DNA of 36,214 bases from the IMG/VR virus record IMGVR_UViG_3300046822_000108, positions 1 to 36,214 of that record. One strand, written 5' to 3'. The position numbers and the translations under genes are program-made. This document shows, one piece after another, positions 24,517 through 31,511 of the stretch. The notes under the pieces were generated by a model. That model was given only the letters and a program-made list of their open reading frames with translations, did no database searches and was not told where the DNA came from. Position 1 is the stretch's first letter, and each line of letters begins with the position of its first letter. Source of the stretch: a virus.

Positions 24517-26001
24517 TTATCCCATCCAGCTGTTGGAGCCGACCTTTGGCCGGGCCTTGAGTTTGATTGCGGCCTTGGGCTTGCCCACGGTCGACTTCTG
24601 CACGGCGAAGCGCCGCATCATGTAGGCGTAGCGGGAGGCGGCCAGCAGATCGTCGCGAAGCTTCACGATCTTGCCGTCGTCGCCGCGGTGGTAATTGAGC
24701 TTCTCGTCGAACCACTCATGAAGGTGGCTGAACACCTTGAAGGTGCCGGCATCCAGGCGGCTGTAAAGCTCGACCAGGCCCGCCTCGACGCCAACGCCAC
24801 CGCCCTGCCACGTTGCGTGCTCCTGGCACATCTTCCAGCCGGCATCGCGGTAAGCATCGCGCTGCTGGTTGCCGCTGGACTTCTCCGACTGCAAGCCATC
24901 CGCTGGCCACGCTGTTGGAACGCCAGCGGCCCATGACTTGATCGACGACCAGGCCACCTCTGGCACCGTCTTGGCCTTCTTCCAGGCATGGGTGAGGTAG
25001 ATCACATCCTCGTCCTTATCCCAAGCCAGCTGGATGTGCGCCTGCGGGTGATCCCACCCGAAGTCCATGCCGTTGATGATCCACCAGTGATCGGGGATCT
25101 CGAAGGCATCGCACTTGATGTCGTCGTTGCCGATATCGAAGATCAGGCCGGCGCCCAGCAGCGGCATGCCCTTGGTGCGCATATCGCGCTGCCATTCGGG
25201 GTACTGGCTGAGCAAGTTGCGCTTGGTGGACTCGCTCAGGTGCGGAGCGTCGTCCCACGTGGCGCGCTGCATGTACTGGCTTTCGCCAGGCTCATCCATG
25301 AACTGCACCACCAGCTCGGTACGCCCGTTCTCAGGGGTGAAGGTCAGGATGCCCCGACCGCCCTGCCCGCGGTCACCGTTCGCCGTACGGGTGATGACCT
25401 GCGGAAATATGGCCTTGTCGCGTGGTTCTTCGTCGATGTGGTACCAGTCGACCACATCGCCCATGATTGCGTGCTGGCCCTGGCTGTAGGACCAGAACTG
25501 CACGGTGGAAGTCTTGCCCGAGCTGTGCCGCACGGTGACCTGGCGCATGGCGCCAGACGTTCCGGTGGCCGACAGGTGACCGACGATGCGGTCAGCAGGG
25601 ATCAGGCCGCCAGTCCATGCACCGTTCTCATACACCCCGAACAGCGGCTTCTGCAGCAGGTCCCGGGTTTTCTCCATGGAGAAGCCCAGCAGCCAGCACA
25701 TCGGCGCGTGCTCAAACTTGTGGCCTTCCCAGCCCTCGGGGTAATCGCCCAGCAGGTGCGCCGCGTCGATCGTCAAACCGGTGCGCGTCTTGCCCACCTG
25801 GTTGGCCGCCATCAGCATGCATGCCGAATAGCTGGCTGTGGCCTTGATGAACCTGTTCTGCCAGTCGTAGAGGCTGGCGAACTGGGTACGGAAGAGGCGC
25901 TGGCGAACGCGGCGTTCGCGTTCCTCGAGCAGCTGTAGAAGTTCGACCCGCCCCGCTCTACCCGCTGGCGAGCTGAGCGATTCTGGCTTCAAGTTCTTCA
26001 T
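24517..26001 (-). CDS. terL: Terminase large subunit
   Basis: 494 aa. Walker-A-like MAANQVGKT. Lies between TerS and portal. Confidence 0.85.
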   Translation of the reverse strand: MKNLKPESLSSPAGRAGRVELLQLLEERERRVRQRLFRTQFASLYDWQNRFIKATASYSACMLMAANQVGKTRTGLTIDAAHLLGDYPEGWEGHKFEHAPMCWLLGFSMEKTRDLLQKPLFGVYENGAWTGGLIPADRIVGHLSATGTSGAMRQVTVRHSSGKTSTVQFWSYSQGQHAIMGDVVDWYHIDEEPRDKAIFPQVITRTANGDRGQGGRGILTFTPENGRTELVVQFMDEPGESQYMQRATWDDAPHLSESTKRNLLSQYPEWQRDMRTKGMPLLGAGLIFDIGNDDIKCDAFEIPDHWWIINGMDFGWDHPQAHIQLAWDKDEDVIYLTHAWKKAKTVPEVAWSSIKSWAAGVPTAWPADGLQSEKSSGNQQRDAYRDAGWKMCQEHATWQGGGVGVEAGLVELYSRLDAGTFKVFSHLHEWFDEKLNYHRGDDGKIVKLRDDLLAASRYAYMMRRFAVQKSTVGKPKAAIKLKARPKVGSNSWMG

Positions 26002-26503
26002 CCGATAGGTGGGTGTGGTTCACGTTGCCGCTGTGATTCACGTTCTCGCGGAAGGCATTCACACTGACGTGCTTGCCGATCAATTCCAGATTCTTGACCT
26101 TGTCGGGCCACTTGATTTTCTTGAGGATCCCGACCATGTCGCGCTCCTTCCCCTGGCCCTCGAACATCTCGGCCAGTTCGAAGCCCGACAGGTACTGGCG
26201 CCAGACCTTGGGCCACTTGTTCAGCGGCTTCATCGACAGGTCGTCTTCGAGGATGTCCAGGACGTCCATCTGATCGATCTCGGTGAGCCGGTGCAGCACG
26301 TAGTCGGCGTCGACCTGCGTGCGCTTGTTGCGAGCCTCGATGGCCGCAGCGATTGCGGTGGCCACCTCTGGCTGCTGGGTCAGGTTGTAGCCCTGGTCCT
26401 TCGAACCCTTCGCCGCGTATCCGGCACGAATCGCCGCCTGCGCCGCGTTCAGGTCAACCAGATACTCGTTGACGAAGCGCTGACGCTTTTTGGTAAGGGC
26501 CAT
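25958..26503 (-). CDS. terS: Terminase small subunit (Terminase_2-like)
   Basis: LTKKRQRFVNEYLVDLNAAQAAIRAGYAAKGSKDQGYNLTQQPEV. Overlaps terL by 44 nt. Confidence 0.8.
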   Translation of the reverse strand: MALTKKRQRFVNEYLVDLNAAQAAIRAGYAAKGSKDQGYNLTQQPEVATAIAAAIEARNKRTQVDADYVLHRLTEIDQMDVLDILEDDLSMKPLNKWPKVWRQYLSGFELAEMFEGQGKERDMVGILKKIKWPDKVKNLELIGKHVSVNAFRENVNHSGNVNHTHLSDEELEARIAQLASG

Positions 26504-26512
26504 AGCTGTGCT

Positions 26513-26758
26513 TTACGCCAGTTTCTTGGACAGGGCCACCAGGTGGTCCCACTCGACGGACACATCGTGGCCAAGCGCGAGCAACAGGGCTTTCAGCCGG
26601 TCGGTGTCAGTGATAACTACAGGAGCTGGCGCAGCGGCAGCAGATGCAGCAGTTGCCAGTACAGCGGCCAGGGTGCCAGCGTCGGCGGTTTGGTTTTCAT
26701 CAGCCATGGGTGTTTCCTTCGTGAAGAGCTTGGCGAACCAAGCGCGGATAGTTTTCAT
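26513..26758 (-). CDS. Hypothetical protein (81 aa)
   Basis: ATGA coupling with the Rz stop. An alternative internal Met at 26707 is possible. Confidence 0.45.
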   Translation of the reverse strand: MKTIRAWFAKLFTKETPMADENQTADAGTLAAVLATAASAAAAPAPVVITDTDRLKALLLALGHDVSVEWDHLVALSKKLA

Positions 26759-27228
26759 TGAGCGTCCCTCAGGGCGTCGTAAGAGCGTTCGCAGGCGAAT
26801 CCGGCCCGACGACTTGCGTCAAGCGCTGTTGCCAGCTGGCCCGCATGGTCGTCAGCCTCTGCGCGCAGCTGGGCGAGCAGATCGGCAAGGTCGTCGATTG
26901 TCTTGCCTCGCTCGGCAACGCGGGTACGGAGGGCGGCGCGGTCGGCGAGCAGCTGACCGGTTTGCTTGCGCAGGCTGTCACCAGCAGCGACAAGCTCAGC
27001 AGCGTGAGCATCGTCCTGAGCTTTCTGGGTAAGGGCATTGGCTTGCACCTGGTCAATGGCGGTCTGATGCCGCTGTTCGGTTTGGCGCGCCACGGACTCG
27101 GCAATCTGTTTCTCGCCTGCGATCTGCGCAACGTATTGGGCATGCGTGGTCTCCAGCGACATCAGGCGGTAGGTCTGGACGCCGGCGAGCAACACCAGGG
27201 CAGCGATCGCCACCAGCAAGGCCTTCAC
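26755..27228 (-). CDS. i-spanin (Rz-like)
   Basis: GTG at 27228 overlaps the endolysin stop (GTGA). N-terminal TM ALLVAIAALVLLAGV followed by a coiled-coil periplasmic domain. Confidence 0.7.
   Translation of the reverse strand: MKALLVAIAALVLLAGVQTYRLMSLETTHAQYVAQIAGEKQIAESVARQTEQRHQTAIDQVQANALTQKAQDDAHAAELVAAGDSLRKQTGQLLADRAALRTRVAERGKTIDDLADLLAQLRAEADDHAGQLATALDASRRAGFACERSYDALRDAQ
26769..27011 (-). CDS. o-spanin (Rz1-like), embedded out of frame in the i-spanin gene
   Basis: MLTLLSLSLLVTA-C lipobox followed by a Pro-rich mature region (SPTAPPSVPALPSE). Entirely inside the Rz gene. Confidence 0.65.
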   Translation of the reverse strand: MLTLLSLSLLVTACASKPVSCSPTAPPSVPALPSEARQSTTLPICSPSCAQRLTTMRASWQQRLTQVVGPDSPANALTTP

Positions 27229-27737
27229 TTGGTCAGCCCCGACAAGCACACGGCCATCTCGGCGTTGCGGCGATTGATCAGCCCCTTCACCACTTGGCCG
27301 CCGGCCTTGTTCCAGCGCGGCAGCTCACGACATGCGCCTTCATGGTCGCCGGCGTTGAGCTTGCGCTGCAGGTTGGAGCCGCAGACCAGCTGGGGCCCAA
27401 GGTTGTAGCCGCCCGACACGTAGGCTCCGCGTTCCTGGTTGCTGATCGGCACAGTGATGCAGCGATCGATGTAGCTGTTCGCCAGCTGCAGCTCGGGCGC
27501 CAGCGCCGCATCGCACTGGGCCGTGGTGTACTGGGCGTCGGGCTTCACGCCGCGAGTGATCCCATCACATGCGGTCCACACGCCGACAATGTCCTGGTAC
27601 GCCACGTAACGCTTGCCGCTGGGCGTGGTAATGGCCGTGGTCTCCCGCCCTTCCCACGGCTGAACCAGCGAAATGGCAATGGCCAACGCACTACCGGCCA
27701 GCGCACCGGCGCCGACCTTCTGGTTACGAGTTGCCAT
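27225..27737 (-). CDS. SAR endolysin (GH24 lysozyme, P21 R-like)
   Basis: N-terminal Gly/Ala-rich weak TM VGAGALAGSALAIAISLV. Catalytic E-D-T context is WEGRE...AYQDIVGVWTACDG. Confidence 0.85.
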   Translation of the reverse strand: MATRNQKVGAGALAGSALAIAISLVQPWEGRETTAITTPSGKRYVAYQDIVGVWTACDGITRGVKPDAQYTTAQCDAALAPELQLANSYIDRCITVPISNQERGAYVSGGYNLGPQLVCGSNLQRKLNAGDHEGACRELPRWNKAGGQVVKGLINRRNAEMAVCLSGLTK

Positions 27738-27936
27738 TGATGCGCCTCACCTTGGGCTGATGGATGAACCGGGCGCCCAGGGCAATCACAAGCGCCACGC
27801 GGTACACCACCAGCTCGCCAGTAGTTGGGTCGTAGTGCATGAATATCTGCACCACGTCAGGCAGGAACTGCAGCAGGAACAGGGCCTGCACGCTCGCGAG
27901 ACGCCAGGCGCTGCGCCATTCGGGGATGATCTTCAC
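27724..27936 (-). CDS. Putative class II holin / pinholin (2 TM)
   Basis: GTG at 27936 overlaps the upstream stop (GTGTGA); the alternative start is TTG at 27966. Two hydrophobic segments, LASVQALFLLQFLPDVVQIF and LVVYRVALVIALGARFI. Directly upstream of the SAR endolysin. Confidence 0.5.
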   Translation of the reverse strand: MKIIPEWRSAWRLASVQALFLLQFLPDVVQIFMHYDPTTGELVVYRVALVIALGARFIHQPKVRRINGNS

Positions 27937-28259
27937 ACCCCGAGACCTTTGGAGATGACCGGCCAAAGCTTGTCCACCAGGATCATGCCGCCTGCGACAG
28001 CGCCGAGCGCCCAGGTTATCTTGGTGCCCATCTTCTCGATGGTGGAGTTGACTCGTTCCATGCCGACCTCGAGGTCATCGAGCTTGTCGGACTGGTGGGC
28101 GAACTGCTGCTCGAGCCGAATGATGCGGCCGGGGCTTTCGTTGTGCTGTTCCTGGAGCTGGCGGATATTGTTTTTCACAACTGCCATGTCCTGTTCGAGG
28201 GCACCAATACGCTCGCCCTGGTTGCGACCACGTTCGGACCGGGGTTCTTGGTTCTGCAT
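27933..28259 (-). CDS. Coiled-coil protein with C-terminal TM (putative holin or lysis regulator)
   Basis: 108 aa, first gene of the lysis cassette. C-terminal TM is ITWALGAVAGGMILVDKLWPVI. Confidence 0.5.
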   Translation of the reverse strand: MQNQEPRSERGRNQGERIGALEQDMAVVKNNIRQLQEQHNESPGRIIRLEQQFAHQSDKLDDLEVGMERVNSTIEKMGTKITWALGAVAGGMILVDKLWPVISKGLGV

Positions 28260-28310
28260 CGACTTCTTCCAATGACGTGAGCCAGCACCAGAACGGGTCG
28301 GCCAGTAACG

Positions 28311-28332
28311 AAAAACCCCACACTGGGCGGGG
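28311..28332 (-). terminator. Second of two tandem terminator hairpins in the late leader
   Basis: Minus strand reads CCCCGC-ccagt-GTGGGG followed by TTTTT (one G-U pair). Confidence 0.5.
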
Positions 28333-28353
28333 TCCTAAAACTTTCGTGAGGGC

Positions 28354-28379
28354 AACAAAAAACCCGCACTTGGCGGGTT
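28354..28379 (-). terminator. First terminator hairpin after the 289-aa gene (late leader)
   Basis: Minus strand reads AACCCGC-caagt-GCGGGTT followed by TTTTGTTG. Confidence 0.65.
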
Positions 28380-28440
28380 TCTTTGAGGCGGGCGTAACTT
28401 CGCAACTTGGGAGAAATGTACCTAAACACTCCTCATTTGG

Positions 28441-29310
28441 TCAAGCGACGTGTTTGGCGCGCTGGCGATGGTTCCAGTACTCGGCAACGCGGTCGAGGTA
28501 GATCAGGTGCCGCCCAGGGTTCTCCACCACGTCGCTGCCCCACTCGGCGCGGTAAGCATCGGCGTACACGCGCATGCGCTTGAACCAGTGGCGCAGTTGC
28601 TCCTCACCCATGCCGCACAAGCGGTCGCGAAGCGCGGCCACCGAGGAATCACGGTGCAGTGCGTAGCTGGCCGAACGATCCTGGGCAACATGCGCACGGT
28701 CGTGCACTTCCCACCGGCAGAGCTCAGTGCCAACCCGCTCAGTCATCCGGACAATCACAGCAGCCACGGGACGCAACGCCTTGGCGTCCAGCATATCCAC
28801 CGTGCTGGCGATGGAGGCCCAGATCGGCGCCCAATCCCGGGCCCAATTCTTCACGTACACCGTGGTGCCGTACCATTCCAGCACAAACTCACACACCCGC
28901 CCTGGCCCCCAAGCCTCACGACCGGTGACTGCTGCCTGGTGACTCTTGATCGCGGCCAGGGCCATCCAGTAGGCAACCTCCTTGCGCTTGGCCGTGCAGT
29001 CTCCCAGCTCGACGGTGAGCCACACCAGGGCATGGGCGATGTTGATGTCTTGGCCGGTGGCCACGGGCGAATACAGCGCATGCCCGAAGTGCTGGAGGGG
29101 CTTGGGCAACGTGCCTATGGCCGACTGCACCAGCCCGGCGGCGAACATGTGGGCGCACCGCCCGTTGCTGTCGCGCATCGACGGCATGGTCTCGCCGATC
29201 ACCCGCCCGCGCTTGCCCAGCTTGAGCCGCTCGGCTGCGGCGGCCAGCACCGAGTCCCGGCTTTCGTGGAGTGCTTCCCTCCAAGCTTGGCGTGCGCTTA
29301 TCAGCTTCAT
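28441..29310 (-). CDS. Hypothetical protein in the Q (late regulator) position
   Basis: 289 aa from the ATG at 29310 (RBS GAGGTGGGG). Lies between the nin-like region and the lysis genes and is followed by tandem terminators. No recognisable motif. Confidence 0.55.
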   Translation of the reverse strand: MKLISARQAWREALHESRDSVLAAAAERLKLGKRGRVIGETMPSMRDSNGRCAHMFAAGLVQSAIGTLPKPLQHFGHALYSPVATGQDINIAHALVWLTVELGDCTAKRKEVAYWMALAAIKSHQAAVTGREAWGPGRVCEFVLEWYGTTVYVKNWARDWAPIWASIASTVDMLDAKALRPVAAVIVRMTERVGTELCRWEVHDRAHVAQDRSASYALHRDSSVAALRDRLCGMGEEQLRHWFKRMRVYADAYRAEWGSDVVENPGRHLIYLDRVAEYWNHRQRAKHVA

Positions 29311-29321
29311 TTCCCCACCTC

Positions 29322-29376
29322 TTTGCGTATTTTTGCGTATTTCTCGATAAAAACCGGCTGTTTGCGCATAAAAACC
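29322..29376. promoter_or_regulatory. AT-rich repeat cluster: 3x TTTGCG(T/C)AT and 2x ATAAAAACC, including TTGC-N6-TTGC
   Basis: TTTGCGTAT at 29322 and 29332 (tandem, 10-bp period) and TTTGCGCAT at 29361. ATAAAAACC at ~29346 and ~29367. Directly upstream of the 289-aa gene. Confidence 0.5.
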
Positions 29377-29472
29377 ATCAAAAACACATCGGAAAGCCAC
29401 TTCTCAGGTATGAATTCACCGCGATGAGGATCCAGGTTCCGGTGGCAGCGATGAGGCAGATCATTGGAGTTC

Positions 29473-30147
29473 TCACGACGAGGCTCCGTTGGGTGAGGCG
29501 AACTCTCCGTGGTGCAGCCGGGCCGCAGCGTCATACGCGGCTGCCGCTTCCTCTCGCGTGTCGAAGTTGCCCAATCGGATCTCGACGCGGTCGACGGTGA
29601 TACGCGCCCGCCAGCGCCCTTCGGCAGTCGTGGTAACTCCCTTGAAGCCACTGCTGTTGGTGACCTTCAACCGCGTGTTGCGCATGTTCTGGGTATGCGT
29701 AGCGATACGCAGGTTTGATCGGCGATTGTTCAGGCGGTCGCCAGATGCATGATCAACACCGCCACCCTTTGCAGCCCCGAAGATGATCCAGCGATGCAGG
29801 GTTGTGGACGTCTTAAACCCTGGCGGTCTGCCTGCCACGTAACCACGCGGGTCAAGCGTCCAGGCGATATCGCGCACGTCGTCGAGGTCCTGCAGGTCAA
29901 TCTCGGCATAGCCGTAGAACACGCCCTTGCGCCCATGCAGCGGGATCAAGGCATGGTCTTCGAGGGCTTGAATTTCCCGCCGATCAAACACGGCGCCGAA
30001 CAACTCCACCTCGGCGATCAGCCGCGCTTGCTTAGCGTCGTCGAACACCCGGTACCAGCCGAGGTATTTGTTCTTGCCCTCGTGCCCTATGGCAGCAGTC
30101 CAGCCACCGTCTTTGTGGACGTACACGCCCCTGAATTTCTGTTCCAT
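29473..30147 (-). CDS. HNH homing endonuclease with two AP2 DNA-binding domains
   Basis: AP2-like FRGVYVHKDGGWTAAIGHEGKNKYLGWY and FKGVTTTAEGRWRARITVDRVEIRLGNFDTREEAAAAYD. HNH core is VDHASGDRLNNRRSNLRIAT. Confidence 0.8.
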   Translation of the reverse strand: MEQKFRGVYVHKDGGWTAAIGHEGKNKYLGWYRVFDDAKQARLIAEVELFGAVFDRREIQALEDHALIPLHGRKGVFYGYAEIDLQDLDDVRDIAWTLDPRGYVAGRPPGFKTSTTLHRWIIFGAAKGGGVDHASGDRLNNRRSNLRIATHTQNMRNTRLKVTNSSGFKGVTTTAEGRWRARITVDRVEIRLGNFDTREEAAAAYDAAARLHHGEFASPNGASS

Positions 30148-30156
30148 GGTCAGCTC

Positions 30157-30600
30157 CTACGCCGGAAGCATTTCGAGTGGGACAACGCGCACGCTGACAC
30201 CTGGGGTTTCCGCAAAGCGTTTGCTCAGCACCACGTTTACGACCTGAACGTCGTCCTTCCAGACGATCCCGTTTAGCGCATCGCACACCGCCTTGAGGCA
30301 GTTGTCGGCATCGCACTTGATCGTCGGGGCGATCTCACCCGCCAGGGCGCCGGCCTTTTTCTTTTTCGACCAAGAGTCGCGGATGGGGTGGAGCATTTTC
30401 ATCTCCAGCAATACAGGCCCAGCGAGCATGGGGCGCCCGTCCATTGCGGTCTGCGCTGCCAATGCAATCAAACCCTCATAGGCCAGGGTCTTTGTGGGGG
30501 TAAACATCCTGGCATGGGCGCCGACCTTGCCGATGCGCGGCCGCCCCTTGCCTTGCGGCTCACCGGGCACCAGGAATGAGACTGGCTTGAGATCAGACAC
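30157..30600 (-). CDS. rusA: RusA Holliday junction resolvase
   Basis: GTG at 30600 with GGAG 7 nt upstream. FLVPGEPQGKGRPR ... KCDADNCLKAVCDALNGIVWKDDVQV are RusA family motifs. Confidence 0.8.
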   Translation of the reverse strand: MSDLKPVSFLVPGEPQGKGRPRIGKVGAHARMFTPTKTLAYEGLIALAAQTAMDGRPMLAGPVLLEMKMLHPIRDSWSKKKKAGALAGEIAPTIKCDADNCLKAVCDALNGIVWKDDVQVVNVVLSKRFAETPGVSVRVVPLEMLPA

Positions 30601-30775
30601 GGGCGAGCTCCTTCTGCATGGCTTCGGTGAGCAGCTCGCGAATGGCCTTGGCGCTTTGCTCGAGCAACAGCACCGTGGCGAGCACTTCGCCCTGGGCGAG
30701 TGCGCGGGTGTTCTGGGTGGCCAGTACCTGGGCCTTGGCGTCGATGCGCAGCAACAGGCTTGTGTAATCAAGCAT
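30593..30775 (-). CDS. Hypothetical protein (60 aa)
   Basis: Internal ATG at 30775 overlaps the P-like gene stop by 8 nt. Confidence 0.45.
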   Translation of the reverse strand: MLDYTSLLLRIDAKAQVLATQNTRALAQGEVLATVLLLEQSAKAIRELLTEAMQKELARV

Positions 30776-31511
30776 CGGGGCTTCTCCGAATGCCCATACG
30801 GGCCAGCAACAGCGCACGGGCTGCCTTGGGGTCGGTGGGGATGTTCTGGGCAATCAGCAGATCGCGGGCTTCCTGGTGCGACTGGGCGAGCTGCATCTGG
30901 CGTGGTGTCTTGCCGTCGTGGCTTATCCCGGCGTTGATGCGTCCTTCCAGCGGCTGCCCGGTCTGTGCACGGCGCATGACGATCGCGTAGTTGCGCTCGA
31001 ACTGCTGGTACAGGGCCTTGTTGGTCGGCTTGGACTCGCGCAGATCGAACGTGCCTGTTGCCTCGGCGGCGATCTTGACGGCCGGGTGGGTGTACACGCC
31101 TTTCAGGGCTTGGATCCAGGCTTCGTCGGTCGATGGCATGCCGCTGACCTGCAGGCACAACTGACGAAAGACGTTGGCAGGTGGCGGCCAATCGAACTCG
31201 GCGCCCTTCTCCACCAGAACACCCATCCCGATGGCCAGCTGCGCACCGCTGAGACCTCCAAGCACCTTGCCCCAGACGCTGTCGGGCTGCGGCTCAAGGC
31301 CGTAGTTGGTGACCCAGCGGTGGCCGTACATCTCAATCATCTTGAACCACAGTTTCTCCAGCAGCCTGTCGGGCAGCTTGTCTGGCGTCGAGTCGCTCTC
31401 GGGCTTGGTCGACAACGGATCGAGCGCCTTGCCGAGAAGATCTGCGGCCTTGGGAGGCAGAGTTTTGGGTTTCTGCTTGGGCAGATCCTGATCGGTCGTG
31501 TCCACGGTCAT
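30768..31511 (-). CDS. Lambda P-like replication protein (helicase loader)
   Basis: WGKVLGGLSGAQLAIGMGVLVEKGAEFDWPPPANVFRQLC is collinear with lambda P WVLAFRENGITTMEQVNAGMRVARRQNRPFLPSPGQFVAWC. GC3 in this frame is about 79 percent over codons 1-58 (hand count). Confidence 0.7.
   Translation of the reverse strand: MTVDTTDQDLPKQKPKTLPPKAADLLGKALDPLSTKPESDSTPDKLPDRLLEKLWFKMIEMYGHRWVTNYGLEPQPDSVWGKVLGGLSGAQLAIGMGVLVEKGAEFDWPPPANVFRQLCLQVSGMPSTDEAWIQALKGVYTHPAVKIAAEATGTFDLRESKPTNKALYQQFERNYAIVMRRAQTGQPLEGRINAGISHDGKTPRQMQLAQSHQEARDLLIAQNIPTDPKAARALLLARMGIRRSPDA

Noticed and set aside
30601-31191. An N-terminal extension of the RusA ORF, giving 344 aa in the track.
   Set aside because: The extension is Pro/Arg-rich junk that overlaps the P-like and 60-aa genes in another frame. 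The conserved RusA N-terminus (FLVPGEPQGKGRPR) begins right after a GTG with a GGAG RBS at 30600.
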